A stretch of DNA of 53,995 nucleotides, the filler included, from Jimgerdemannia flammicorona (Eukaryota), in assembly GCA_003990765.1 (NCBI GenBank). It is 3 parts of 3 records of this genome, joined end to end, with 100 filler letters (N's around TTAATTAATTAA, not from the genome) between each part and the next. Parts side by side here need not be neighbours in the genome. Positions count along the whole stretch, not along the records: positions 1 to 17,937 come from RBNJ01002359.1; positions 18,038 to 35,968 come from RBNJ01002360.1; 1 more part is not named here. One strand, 5' to 3'. The position numbers and the translations under genes were made by a program. This document shows, piece after piece, positions 12,140 through 25,879 of this stretch. Within the stretch, counting starts at the first letter, position 1; each line of letters opens with the position of its first letter. The notes under the pieces are model-generated. The model was not told the DNA's origin. It did not search any database and worked only from the letters and a program-made list of their open reading frames with translations.

Positions 12140-13447
12140 TGTAATATATTTGGCTCAATGGAGGCAAATTATAAGATTGGGGGTCGGTATAGTTTAGCTT
12201 GAGCTCCTAGTTAATTTATTAAAAGCAATAAAATATTCTTGGTATTTAGTAGTATAATAGTCAAAACTAGATATTTGCAAGTAATTTGTGTGTTGATTTT
12301 CTAATTGGGATAGTTATTTGTGTGTAGCAGCAATTTGTATATATGTAAGTGATAGTCTAGAAATCTAGCAGTTTTTCTTATGTGATTTCTATATGATGAT
12401 CTTATATAGTATAGTAGATTTCTTATATATAATGATCTAACAATTTGGCAGTTTTTTTATATATAATTATCTGGCAATTTGGTGGGTTTTCTTCTTAAAT
12501 AACAGGTGATCTCTATGCAGTATAATGATTTTCAAAAATATGTAATTTCTGACAGATGACTCAATTTGGTACAGATTCTCCTAAATCAACTCACTGGGAA
12601 TTATATTGGTACAGATTCTTCTTCACTAGGAATAGATGGATAACTTGGATATTATGAATTCTTGGTAAGTTATATTAAAGACTAGCTTCATTTGCATGGA
12701 GTTATATTGTTAGACTGGCTCTACTGCAAAGTTGTATCAAATAGACTGACTTGTGACAAGATTCCTTAAAGCAGGCTCTCTGAGAATGTGGATAACTTAG
12801 AAATAGTAGTAAAGTTCTTCTTAAACTTTGGTAGCAAATCTTCAGACTTATCTGATAAGTAAACTAAAAATATAGTGGCTTATTCCTTAAGCAGCAGATT
12901 TCTCTTCAAAAGGTAGTGAAGTTCTTTCTTGAACTTGGTAGCAAATCTTCAGACTTATCTGGCAAATAAACCAAAATATAGCAGCTTATTCCTTAAGTAG
13001 AAGATTTCTCTTCAAAAGGCAGCAAAGTTCTTCCTTGAACTTGATAGCAAATCTTTAGACTTATCTGGCAAGCAAACTAAGGCTTTGTATTAGAAAGTAG
13101 ACTGGAGTAGAAAGGGGACCAATGCTCAATCTTTAGAGACTTCTTTGGTGTTTGTATTTCAGACTGAGGTTTATTTACTCTTATCTTTGGGATATTTTAT
13201 ACATTGTGGTTGCTATCTAGTTACTATGTTACTAATTATAGACTACTATTTATGGCAGATGTACAAGTTCAGCACAGATATACTGGTTCAGCACAGGTAT
13301 GTAGTTTTGGTACAGGTATATCTTGTCTGGTAGTCTGACTATTTATACAGTTTTCTGTAGCAATGGTTGCTATATCTGGTTACTATGCTAAGTGTTTATA
13401 TCATCTGACTAAGTTATAATTCAGGTGATATATTTTGGTTTGTCACA
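12140..13447 (-). repeat. Family A 3' LTR with an internal tandem repeat of about 107 bp (about 12810-13080)
   Basis: TG...CA ends; homology to 2725-4043; aagttctt recurs at about 12812, 12919 and 13026. Confidence 0.85.
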
Positions 13448-13487
13448 TCAGTCCTCACTAAAGGATGGTCTGTCCTCGGACTATCCT

Positions 13488-14007
13488 TTAGTCATCATCT
13501 CCATGTGGATAAGTATCTTCTGTAACAATATCTATTCTATCATCTTCATTATCTATACTATGGTTACTCTATTTCAGAGGTTCTTCTTCTTCTTCTGGGA
13601 ATAGGATTTCAACAGTATTGATGATGCTCAGATAGGTGACTAGATTTATTCCTTATATATACATCATACCAGGAGAATTGTACTTATATCAAAACTACAG
13701 GGTTTCATTTATAAAGGGTGTAGAATCTATCTACAGCAGTGATATCTCTTCTTGATAGTTCTATGATATTTCTGATGTATATTTGTTCTGGGGCTAGAAG
13801 GTTCTGCAATTGTTCTCCAATTGTATAATGGGTCTGAAGTTGATGAATCTGCAATAATTGTCTGGTCAGGACAAGATTCTCTTAATAAATCTGAATTTTC
13901 TAAAGAGTATTTCTATTGACTTCTCAGAATTAGAGTAGGGGAACTGGTAGTAATTGAAATGAGCTAAGGACAAGAGTCTGAAGGCAGTTATTAACTCTCT
14001 GATTCAT
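13488..14007 (-). pseudogene. ORF3 of copy A2
   Basis: MNQRVNNCLQTLVLSSFQ...FPEEEEEPLK; homologous to 2170-2685. Confidence 0.85.
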
Positions 14008-16884
14008 GATATGGGGGAAGGTATATCTTGAGACAATTGATATATACTGGTGTCCTCAGGATTCATCTATCTATACTTCTTAAATAGATGCTGATTCCTC
14101 TGATGTTATATATAAGATAAGTTTGGGCTCCAATTTGGCAGCAAAGTTTGTTTCAATTATGCTTCTCCAGACTAGTACTTGATCTTCAATCTTGATTACC
14201 GGATCCTTCAGCTTCTGGTCATAGTACTTCTTTTGTCTTTCTTGAGCTTTGGTAATCTGAACTTGGACCTGATTATATAACTGTTCTGCTTTCTTGAGGA
14301 GATCTCCAAGATTCTCATGGTCAGTAGTTCTGATTTTCTTAGCAAATATCATTTTGAATAGCTTATATTTGGTAGAGGCAGCAGGGATATTCCAAATTTC
14401 CTAAAGAATCTTGGATAAGCAGAGGTCCCAGTTGGTAGAATTGACTTAGGCAAGTTCTTTTTTAATGGTCTGGTTCATTCTTTCTATCATATCATTGATC
14501 TGAGGATAGTATGATGTGGTCTATTTAAGGTAGATCTTATGGATTTGGGTATAACTTGTAATTATGTTATTGATGAATTCTGTGCCTCAGTCAGAGATAA
14601 GTTCATCTGGAGGTCTATATCTGAGTGTAAGTCTATGGAGAAGACTTACAATAGTTAAGGCATCTGCAATTTCCATTAGAAAAGCCTTGGGCCACTTAGT
14701 CAGATATTCTACAAATACAAGAATATACTTGTTTCTTCTTAATATAACTGGTAGGAGTCTAATTACATCTACTCTCTATCTCTGAAAGATGTTGTCTAGT
14801 GGTATGATTGATTGCAGTAGTGCTTGGTAGTTCTTTCTTCTTTAGTACTTCTGGTAGATATCATATTTCTTGAGTATATCCCAGACTTGTGTTCTGAGAT
14901 TGGGTCAATGTTGGTGTATTATTCATATGTAACTTCTCCTCTATACATATTTTTCTGTCCTTGGTGGGCTTTCCAATGTTCTTTTCAGATGAGATCTTCT
15001 TATGCCTTGATGGTCTGAGGAACTTCCTTTAGAGTATGGTTTCTTAGGACATCCTTTTTCTGGTTTATTGGGGCTGGTGAAAAAGTTCATCAACATTATT
15101 GTGAGCTTTTCCTACTTTATAGATGATGGTGATTTTGTAATTCTGAAGGATAAGGATCCAGCAGGCTAGGATCCTGATAAGTTTCTTATAGTTGAATAAC
15201 TATTTGAGGGCTATATGCTCTGTGATCAGAGTGAACCTTTTTCTGATAAGATAATGCTTAAATAGAGTGATCACCCATATGACTGCAAGGTATTCTAGTT
15301 TGGTGCTACTATAGTTCATCTACTGCTGATTGATAGCTCAGCTTGTATAAGCTATTATATAGTATTGTCAGTCAGGTTCTTCTTGGGCTAGAACTGCTCC
15401 CAGGTCATCTTTGGAAGCATCTATATATAAGATGAATGGCTTCTATAGATTGGGGTACATAAGGATTGGTACTGTGGTTATGTAGTTCTTGAGTTCTTTG
15501 AAGACTTTCTCTTGTAATTCTATTCATTTATAAGGTACTTGTTTTTTTAGAAGGACTCAGATTGGGACAGTAATTTGGACAAAGTTCTTGATAAACCTTC
15601 TATAAAGGATACTAATATCAGAAATAATAGTATTTCCTTTAGGGTCTTAAGTACTGGCCAATTGTTGATCTTTTCAGTTTTCTTTAGATCTATATAAGTT
15701 TATTCTTTTGAAACTATAAATCTAAGGAATTCAAGTTTCTGTTTCCCAAAATAGCATTTCTTAGCATTAAGTCTCAGGTAGTTCTTGTGGGTAAGCTTGA
15801 AGAATTCTTCTAAGTAGTATAGGTATTCCTCAAAATTTACAAAATAGATGTTAGAATCATCCATGTATACAATCAGATAGTAGTAGATCAAGGGGGGATA
15901 GACTGAATTCATCATCCTCTAGAAGGTGGGGGGTGTATTACAAAGTCTAAAGGGTATTCAGAGATATTCAAACAGTTTTTCTAAAGCAAGAAAGGCTGTC
16001 TTTTGAATGTCTTTTGGGTCTATGAGAATCTTATGAAATCCTGTGAAAAGGTCCATACTGCTGAAGTATCTGGCATCTTGTAACTGATCTAAGAGGTCAT
16101 CAATTCTGGACAAAGAATAGACATCTTTTTCAGTGACTGAATTGAGTTTTCTGTAATTTTTGCAGAGTCTCCATCTTCTTTTCTTTGGTACAATAAGTAT
16201 AGGGCTGACCCAAGGGCTAGTTGAGGGTTGGATGACTCTATTGTCCAAGAGTTCTTGAATGTGCTCTTTTTCAAATGTCTTTAGGTAATGAGGTATTCTA
16301 TAGGAGTTCTGTCAGATAGGTGTTGCATTTTCTGTATTTATGCTGTAGTGATATGATGGGTTATATGGCAGATTGCCATAATCAGTAGTGAAGATATCTT
16401 GATATTTATTGAGAAGTTCTACTAGTTGTTGCTATTGTTGGGGTATTAATTCTTCTCCAATATTGGTGAAAGGCTCTACTATCTCCTGGGTCACAGAGGG
16501 ACCTGTCCTTTCTTCTGGGACCTTTTGCCATTTCCAATAAGTTTAGTTTATAAACTTCTCTATAAGTTCAGTTGAGAAAGAGTACCAGATGTCCTATAAT
16601 GGTTCCTTTTGACAGGATGATGATTTTCCAACTTTGGTTGATTGCTCAGGAGTGCACTGAGTTCATCTCATTAGAGAATATGTATCCTTCTATATTTAAG
16701 TATGAAATATCTTTATTTAGTTTGAAGAAGAGATTTCTGGGATTAGATGTTGTGAAGATTTTGAAGGTGGTTTGTTCTCCAGGCTTCAGGATGAGATTTT
16801 GTATAGCTTGACTGGTTGGTGATATACTTGCTAGAGAACATTTCTCTTGAGATAATTGACTTGAAGGAGATGTACTTCCTTTTT

Positions 16885-17280
16885 GTCTGAACTCCCAAAT
16901 CCTTTAGCTTGTCTTGTTTCTTTAGTCAGTTCAGAAACTTCTTGTAATTGTGGGGTCTTGACCTTCATGAAGACTGCTTGGGCAATCTTCTGTCCTCTAA
17001 TAATTCAGTACCATTCTATACTACTGTTGAGTAGGATGACCTTGATTTCACCTATATATCCTCGGTTAATAATTCCTCCTTCTATGGTTATTTTTTGCCT
17101 GGTAAGTCCAGACCTTGAGGTCAGTTAGATATAAGTTTCTTGGGGTGGCTATATGGCTAGTCTGGTTCTGATTATAAATGTTTTTTCAGGCTTGATAGAT
17201 TCATCCTCCAGACTATAAAGATTATATCCTATATCTTCTGGGTGAGCTTTGGCTAAGGGGTTGGCCTTGGGATGTAGTAG
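16885..17280 (-). pseudogene. dut: dUTPase domain (family A)
   Basis: Translation gives GYNL, SRSGL, GGIINRGYIGEI, KIAQ, RQAKGFGSS (trimeric dUTPase motifs 1-5, partly decayed). Confidence 0.9.
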
Positions 17281-17906
17281 GGTATACTGGGTAACATTAT
17301 TACTAAGTTTGGGCTGTTCTTGGGCTGAGGCTCTACTAGCAGAGAGCCTCTAGACTCTGAGGTTGAGGTGTGACCATCTGGCTCCAGTAGAGGGATCTTG
17401 GAGATAGTTGATTTCTCTTCTTCCTGTAGGGTCTAGGGCTTCCATGAAGTTGGTGGCATCTTCTGTCCATCCTTAATGAGTTGCATGTCTGATGAGAGCT
17501 AGGATGTCTTCTCCTAAATTGTAGATCTTGAGGGTCCTTCTTTCTGACTTCCTGATCTGGCTTTTTCAGATCTGACCTCTGCTATCTCCTCTCTTCAAGG
17601 TATGGATTGCAACATCATGACTGAGGTGAATCTTCTGATGTCTGCAGTCTTAGCAGTCTGGGTATCTTCTATGGTTGTAATATTCCATTGCTTGAAAATG
17701 CCATTCCTGGTTGTTGATTTCTTATATCTCAGGAATTGGTACCCATCTTGGTCATAAGTTGGGAGAAGAGTGGACCAGGGGTATAGTTCTGTTCAGGTAA
17801 AGAGATCTTATCCTCTGAATCAACTTTGCAACTTGGTGGTAACTTCTTGGAAGGTAGTTGACTGTGTAACTATATTTGGAGGTTCTGTTCTTTGGGGTCT
17901 CTGTCT

Positions 17907-17937
<31 letters not shown>

Positions 17938-18037
17938 NNNNNNNNNNNNNNNNNNNNNNNNNNNNNNNNNNNNNNNNNNNNTTAATTAATTAANNNNNNN
18001 NNNNNNNNNNNNNNNNNNNNNNNNNNNNNNNNNNNNN
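17938..18037. other. Artificial contig spacer
   Basis: 44 N + TTAATTAATTAA (stops in all six frames) + 44 N. Confidence 0.97.
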
Positions 18038-18249
18038 CAATTTGTTTAAAAACAATTTTTTTTTTTTTATAAAATTTTTACCAAAGGTAGAATTATTATA
18101 TAAAAAATTATTGGTAAATTTTTTTTTAAAAGCTATTATGATTTTAAAAGTTATAAACTTTTAAAATCTTACCTCTAAATATAGATACAAAATAGTCAAA
18201 GAGATATAGTACAGAACTAATAGATATTAAAGTATTCAGGTTTAGTTAT

Positions 18250-21200
18250 TCAAGAAATCATATTCCTGAACTAAGTCAGTAGTATTCTGGAGATTGGTTT
18301 TGAGTTCTCATATTGCATCATAGATCAGATAACCTTTTTATTTAATAAGATATTCTGGATAGCTCTTGTGGCTGTATTTGTTGAGGATTTGTTCTTAATA
18401 ATAACAGGTGTAGGTGGTTTTGTAGTTCAGTTTGGGAATAGTCCATCATCATTTTTATTATATTACTTGAGACATTGAATATTGAAGACTGGGTGGATCT
18501 TAATGGTATCTGGTAGCACTAATTTGTAGAAAGTTAGAGAGACTTGTACAATAACTTTGAATAGTCCAATAAATTTGCTATTTAGCTTTATAGGGAGTCT
18601 GTGCTTGAGATTGTCAACTCAGTATCCTTAGATATCTAGTAGAACTTTTTCTCTGATGTCAAAAGTTCTTCTTAGTAGTGCTTGTTAATATACTACAATT
18701 GTTATTTCTGAGCTCAAGATAAATTCTCAATTGTAATCTGGCTTAAGTTGTATATTCAGAGTAGGAATTCTTTAATAACTTCAAAGTAGAGAGTTCATCA
18801 GTAATTCTGAAGAGTATTTGGGTTTTATTCTATATTGGTAAAGAATAGGGTTATTCTAAGAGATACTTGTTTGCTATTATTATAGGCAAACTTGACTATA
18901 GTAAGGTATTCATATCAATTATCTTGCCTATAGAAAACATAGTTCCTTAGTATTTGTTCTAGAGTTTGATTCATTCTTTCAGTTTGACCAACAGTTTCAG
19001 AGTGAAAGGCTGTAGATAGTATAAGTTTTATTCTAAGATATATATGTTGAGCTTTTCAAAAATAGCTAGTGAATTTCAGATTTCAGTCACTAATAATGAT
19101 CTTGGAAAGACCATAATAGCAGAAGATATTATCAAATAAGAGTATAGTAATTTCAGATATTGTTGTAGTTATGTATAGCTATAGGTACAAAGTGGGCTTA
19201 TTTGCTAAGATAGTCTATAAAGACAACAATTATATCTTTTCCATTCTTGGTTTGGGATAGTTGTATAATGAAGTCCATAGAGATTTATTTCCAATTAGTA
19301 GATGATACTGAAATAGAGTAGAGTAGGCCAGGTTTTGCTAGTATTGAGGACTTATTATATTGGCAGGTATTACAGAAAGTAATATAGGTTTTTAGCTGAT
19401 CTGCCATACAGGGCCAGTAGAAGTTTTAGATAATAACTTTATAGTATTTATCAAATCCTAAATGTCTAGCTGTAAGAGCATCATAATATTTAAATAGAAT
19501 AGTCCTTCAGAGGTCTTGATTGTTTGAAATATATCATCTGTCCTTATAGTAGATAGTATTGTCCTTTAGTTGATATTGATGATATCAGAAGTACTTATCA
19601 ATATCATCACTATTCAGGATTTCTCAGAGTACTTGAGCTTCTTTATCATCAGTATACTATAATAATTTGTTCTATAATAGAGTTAGTAACCAAGATGAGA
19701 GTTTGTATAACTTCTTTAATTAGTGATCTAGAAATTATATCAGCAATAATATTCTCCTTATAAGAGTAATACTAGATTTCATAGTTAAAATTGATGAGAA
19801 CTTTTATCTATCTGACTTATTTTTGGAAAAGAATAGCCTGGGTCTTGATATTGACTAATGATTTGTAGTCTATCAATATAGTGAAGTATACTTCTTTAAG
19901 ATATGGTTACTACTTGATCAGAGTGTCTATGATGGCTAACATTTTCTTCTCATATATTATATAGTTGATTTTAACATCATTGAACTTATGAGAGTAGTAA
20001 GCCACAGGGTATCCTTCTTACATGAGTACTGCTCCAAGAGCTAGATCAGAGATATTAGTAATAACTTCTATTATAGAGTAGGGTTTGCTACTTGAAGTAC
20101 TGAAGTAATTATCAAGTTATCTTTCAGTACTTGAAGGGCTATATCTTGTTCAGATCCCCAATTTACAAGATTGTTGAAGTCTTTTTCTTACTTTGTAGTC
20201 TAGGGCTGTTCTTCTTTTTTACTATACTTGGTTATTTAAGTAAAGACAGTAGCAATTTTGACCAAGTTTGCAACAAATTGCTAGTAATAGTTTACTAGTC
20301 TCAGGAATGACTGGAGGTCTTTCAATTTCTTGGATCTGGGCCATTCCTTAATTGTGGAGATTTTGCTGGGGTCTACTTTGATTCTATTGAGAGTGATAAT
20401 ATATCTGAGAAATTAAATTTCCTTCATATTTGCTAAGTTTCACAAAGAGTCAATTTTCTCAGAGCTTCAGTAGTATGAGTTCAAGATATTCAAGATATTC
20501 CTCCAGGGTTTTGCTGAAGACCAAGATATCATTAATGTAGACAATAACAAATTTGTCTAAGTATGGGTGTAAGATGATATTCATCAGTATCTGGAAGGTT
20601 GTAGGAGTATTAGTTAAGCCAAAAGGCATAACTAAGAACTTGAAATATCTATAGTGAGTTCAGAAGGTGGTTTTGTAGATATCTTCTTTTATGGCAATTT
20701 GTTAGTAACTATTTCATAGGTCAAAAGAACTTATGAATTGTGGGTTAGTAAGCCTATCAAATATCTCATTGATTCAGAGTAGTGGATAACAGTTCTTGAT
20801 GGTCTGTTTGTTGAGATCTCAGTAATCAATATATATTTGCAGGTCTCCCCCTTTCTTGACAACAAAGAGAACTGGTATACTATATGATAATATACTAGGA
20901 CTAATGAATTCTTATTCTAGAAGTTCATCAATTTCTTTCTTGAGTATATCAATTTCTCTTGGAGATATGTAATAGATTGACTTGAAGGCAGACTTGACAT
21001 CTGAGATAGTCTTGATGATATGGTCAACTGCTTGTTTAGGTGATAGGCTCTTCAGAAGTTTCTTTAAGAATATGTTTTGAAATTTCTGAAGTAAGGATCT
21101 AACATGGTCATTAACTTTGAAAAAATCTTCTTCAAGGTTCTCAGGTTTGTCTTTGAATAGTCAAATAGAGATAGTAAAGAGAGAGCATTTCTTAGCTAGT

Positions 21201-24200
21201 TTTTTAAATTGTGGTTTGTTAATATGGGTGATCTTTAGGCCTAGGTTGCTAGAACTGAGTGGGTCTTTTTCATCTTATAGTTTGAAATTATGGTATCCTT
21301 TCTTGATGGTCAGAGAATAGTTTATTGAATTGATCATAAGGTTCTCTTGTTTTAACCATAAGGTCTCAAGGATGATCTCATTATCAGAAAGTGATACAAT
21401 TTAGAGTATAATATATACTTAGTAGTCACTAATTCTGAAGAATAGGTTGCAGACTTCCTTGCTAATGATATGAGAGATTCCATCAGCTAAAGCAACTGCT
21501 TGAGTTTGTTATATCAGAGAGATCAGGACCTTGAGTCTGTTGGCTGTTTCTTTATTAATAAAGTTGTCTGAGGCACCACTGTCTATCATTATCTTGACAG
21601 GTACTTTATTTACAAAAGCTTAGAGAGTAAGCAGTTTATCTGATCCAATAATGGTAATTTCAGTTATAGGAGATTTCCTCCTATTGGTTCTTCTTTGGGC
21701 CAGTTCATTGATACAAGAGAAGTAATTATCAATCATTCAGGAAGAGTATATTCTAATGCTATGGAGGCATCAGCTACTTGGTACAAATCTCTTTTGATTT
21801 TCTTGTAGAATTATTTCTTCTTATTTATGGTAGATTATACTGAGGCTTTGTTTGATAAGCCAAATCCTTTGGATCCTTAAATAGTAGGTAGTAGTTTAGA
21901 TACTTCTTTAATGATCAGAGTTGACTTAATTTTTTTGAATAGGATCTGAGTGATGCAAAAACTGATAGTGATCTTGAAAGATGTCCAACTATGGTTTTGG
22001 ATGAGAACAATGATTTTGCTTGTATAATCTTCATCAATGACTCCTCCTTCTACTGAGAGTCCTTTTAGTACTAGGTGGCTATAACAGCATATCCTTTTAA
22101 TATATTCTTCAGAGATTTGAATGCTGATTCCCATATAGACTTACTTGACTTCTCAGTTAGAAACTGTAGCTTCTTCTGCTACATATAGGTCATATCTAGT
22201 TGCTTTTTGACTTCTCTTAGTTGGGGCCATAGCTATTGTCCTTAACTTGACAAAGTTCAGTATTTTTATAGTCAGGTTATTGAGGTGATACAGAGTGATA
22301 ACAGTTGCTTATATTGCTGTTTAGGGTTTTCAGTTAGAACAGATACTGGCCATGTGTCCTAACTTTTAGCAATAGAAGCATAGTCTGCTTTTTTGAAGTT
22401 CATTCCTTTCTCCTTTAGTGAGTTTCTTGAAGGTACTCAGTTAAGTGGATTCAGAATTTCAGAGTATCCAAGAGGTGGATGTGGAGAGAGCTTGGGATGC
22501 TTTATATTTGGATTCTTCTTTCTTGGTCCAAGTTTTTTTCTTATTATTGAATTTTCTTCAAGGCAGAATTAGTCTAGCTGTTAGGATTCACTTAACTATA
22601 GTCTTAATTCTTATCAGATATCATTGTTAGTGATCACAATTAACTGAGTGTCCTTGTTCTTGGATCTTTCTTGTAAGCCAGTCTAGTAGTATATCAAACA
22701 AATGATCTACTCTTATACTATTTCATACTTCATCATTAGTAATATATCCTAGGCCAATAGTATTCAAAAGTGACTCAAGTTTTATATAGAAGGTTTCAAA
22801 TTTCTTCTTACTATATATATTAAATTTGAGGTTACAGAGTTTTACTTGGGATTCAGTGATCAGAGTTTTGCTGTAATATTGAGCAATTATAAGTTATTTG
22901 AGCCTGAGGGCTGCAGGATAGTCTCTATACTCAGGGGTATTATTTGCTGCATTTTTGGGCAATGATTGCAGATCAGATATCCTATGTGAGGGGTTTTTTA
23001 GAAAAAGTTCACCACTATTCTTTGGCAGATCCTTGGAAGAATATAATAACTTAATAGACATAAGTCATGGTATTAGCAAAGGTTGTTCAATAGTGTAGTC
23101 TTGGTTATTTGTCAGAAGGCAGTCAGTAACTTTCTCATTAGTCCATTGGTTGGCTTTAAAATTAGTATCAACTATACTAATAAAGCTTTGGACTTTCTGT
23201 ACAGTACCATTAAAGATAAGTAGGCTCAGACTTTTTGTTGGTCAGGTCTGTTTGGCTAAGGCAGTAATGGTTGCTGCTATTATGGCTATCTGAGCTATAA
23301 GGTCTAGAATATATTGGTTTACCATATTATTTACTAGAAGCAGTTGAACTACTAGTAGTGAAGTTACTGATATAACTTGAGATACTAGTGCAGAGTGTGA
23401 TGATGTTCTTTGAGTCTGTATAAGTTGCTAGAGTAACTATTATAGGTCTGATGTAAGGGCTTGATAGATAACTATCTATTGTGCTATAGGTATATTTTAT
23501 CCTGAGAGAGATATATCACCTTCAGTAATATATCTGGGATCAAATTCAGTGAGATACTCCTTCTTCTCTTTACTTTGGTTCCTGTGTAGTTGAGTTTGTT
23601 TGGTATTAAAGTAGATAGTATCTTTATATATTGGATTTCAGACAAGCTTAATTCAAAAGCTGGTTATGATTCAGTATTGACTTCAGTTTCAAATAGAGTT
23701 ATAGCTAGGCCTACTTCTAGCTCCAGGTCTGATTATTGATGAAGAGTTTCTCTAGCTTCTTTCTTAAGAATATAGTGGGCTTTGTAATTCTGAAAATAGT
23801 AGTATAAGGCAGTCTTGGTCCTGGTATAGTGAAAGTCAGTAGAGTTGAGCCACTTGGCTATAGAGGCTCAAGCTTTATGAGGAACTAAGGCTAGAAAGAT
23901 GGCTGCTAATTATCCTAGGTTGCTCAGGTTTATAGAGCTGATAAAACTCTTATTGAGTAGAGTAAAGAAGACTTCTATAAGATCTTTTTTATCTTGACTT
24001 GCAGGGTATAGAGCAAGGAGTTCAGTATATAGAGTTTCATCTATCTGCTGATTTAATTGAAGTACTTCTTTTTGTGAATAAAATCTATCTTACTTGTTGT
24101 AGATGTAGAGATCAAATTGTCCTTATACATCAGGTTCAATTCTCTCTAGATTGTCAGATGGTTCAGAATGAATTCCAGTTCAGAGGTTGGGCTTTATACT

Positions 24201-24585
24201 AACTTGTAAGAACTTCTTATAAAGGTTTATAGTGAAGTGAGGAAGTATTTTAAAGCAGAATTAGATTGTAAACTACTGCTACCAAGTTGTAAGAGAGTTA
24301 CTTTGTTAGAGTACTGTTATGTAGTTCTGGAAGAGTTTTGGATATTTTGAAAGACTATTTTTTTAAGGTCAAGATTAATTTTATATATGTCCTCTATACT
24401 TTTTGATTTTAAGATCAGATTGACATCTCAACCAAAGTCCTTTTTTAGACTAGTTCTGGATGTTCAGAATTTTTCATATTTCAGAAAGTTCAAGAAACTA
24501 AGATCAGCTTAGTTGAATTGGCATATCACTGCAGATAATACCTAATTAGAAAATTTCATAACTTGGTTAGGAGTAGGATCTAACA
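18250..24585 (-). mobile_element. Decayed chromovirus (Ty3/gypsy): gag-dUTPase-PR-RT-RH-IN-chromodomain
   Basis: Chromodomain EYLIK*KGY..YDAI*E..NL about 18270-18390; IHPVFN; RT MPFGLTNTP and YIND about 20535-20630; protease IDSGASDNFI about 21570; knuckle CFYC*KLGHMASIC about 22340-22380; PBS TGGTAGCAG 24276-24284; LTR begins at 24288, far end uncertain. Confidence 0.9.
21860..22250 (-). pseudogene. dut: dUTPase domain between zinc knuckle and protease (chromovirus)
   Basis: ATRYDL, GGVIDEDYTSKI, ITQI, *GSKGFG. Confidence 0.85.
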
Positions 24586-24588
24586 GAG

Positions 24589-25107
24589 TGTAAATTTATT
24601 TAAGAGTAGTTTGTGAGTTATTAAATAAGTTTATTCACTATTTATGATATTGCTATACTAGGAGTAGTTGTGTGAAGGAATATTGTAGAGAAGTATTCTT
24701 GAGTTCTTATCTGTATTTCTGTCTATTTGTGTCTGAGTTTCTGAGGTCTAGGAGAGTAGATATTTATACTAATGGGGGGGCTATCTGGACTATGCTAAAT
24801 ATGGATATAGTATTTAGTGCCTTGTTGAATCAGAATACAGTCATATTGTATAAGTGTAAACTAATATATCAAGAGATTATCTAACTACTGAGTCAGTATA
24901 CAGTAATATAATATAAGGTTAATCTAACTATACTAATGACTGCTAAGCTATTTATAGATTTAGACACTATCTGGATATTCTTTTGATAAGATCACTATTG
25001 ATGACATCATCTCTGATAGAGTCTGAGCAGTCTTCTGACTTCTGATATCATCAGTTTCAAAGGTATCATCATATCTACCTCTTGCAAAATTAGAGCTATC
25101 CTTGACA
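24589..25107 (-). repeat. Possible solo LTR
   Basis: tgtaaa...tgaca ends with TATA- and AATAAA-like motifs on the minus strand; no clean TSD and no second copy. Confidence 0.3.
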
Positions 25108-25439
25108 GAGATAGTTGTACAGAAATAGTAGGTCTTAGTTCTCTTTTTTTTTTTAGACTATTGATACATTTGTGAGAACTGACTATCTTTGTCTAAAGCA
25201 AGAGCTCTCATTGTTATAGCTGGGGGTTCAAATCTCTTGAAAATGATATTTTCTATAATCTAAGACAATTTCTAGTAGCAATATCTGTCATATAAATAGA
25301 CTTGAGATTAGTTTAGATAATGTTGGCTTTCTTGAGTTTCAGATGAAGTATCTATCATTCTCTAATAGAGGTGATACAGATAGAGTAAATAGAGTTATTC
25401 AAATACATTTTGCTTCTGCTGAGTAATAAGATCTTATAT

Positions 25440-25780
25440 AGTTGTAGTATATCTTGGTCTTGAGTATAAGTGTGGTTTATGAACCTTTGATGGATAAGAT
25501 AGAGTCCTTTTTATTTTGGTTTGAGTTTGGCACTTTAGTTTTCTTTTATGATAGTATAGTATACTAAGACTAATTGTCTAATAAGTAGAGGTTTAAGGTT
25601 AGCCTTATAGTCATAGTACTTCTTCTAGCATTCTTATATCTTGGCAATAAATTCTCATACTTGCTGATGTACTTTATATAACCAGATGATCTCTTCAGTG
25701 ACTCATTTCATGATCTTATATATGGTTTCCAAATTTGTCCTGAGGGTGACATGTGATTTTAGTGGCTTGGAGGTTGTATG
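25440..25780 (-). pseudogene. Gypsy integrase C-terminal fragment
   Basis: SAKLKPK*KGLYLIH resembles the KLEPKWEGPY motif. Confidence 0.6.
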
Positions 25781-25879
25781 CTTACACTAATATAATCAAC
25801 TATAATATCTTCATTGACAACTAGTAGCTTTATAAAGTCAGAGCAATAATTGATCTGAATATCCAAAAGATATAAATTA

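Larger units (their letters stand above)
12140..17910 (-). mobile_element. Ty3/gypsy family A, copy A2 (dUTPase-RT-RH, IN, ORF3, 3' LTR), cut by the contig end
   Basis: Colinear with A1; YMDD about 15860; LTR 12140-13447 (tgtgaca...ttaca on the minus strand). Confidence 0.95.

Noticed and set aside
17982..17993. TTAATTAATTAA palindrome within Ns (also 36013-36024)
   Set aside because: Artificial six-frame stop linker; adjacency across it is not biological.
25140..25440. Possible further ORF3 homolog after the IN fragment
   Set aside because: Manual translation did not show the Y-x(1,2)-[IL]G or AxK/R[IL][HY] motifs.
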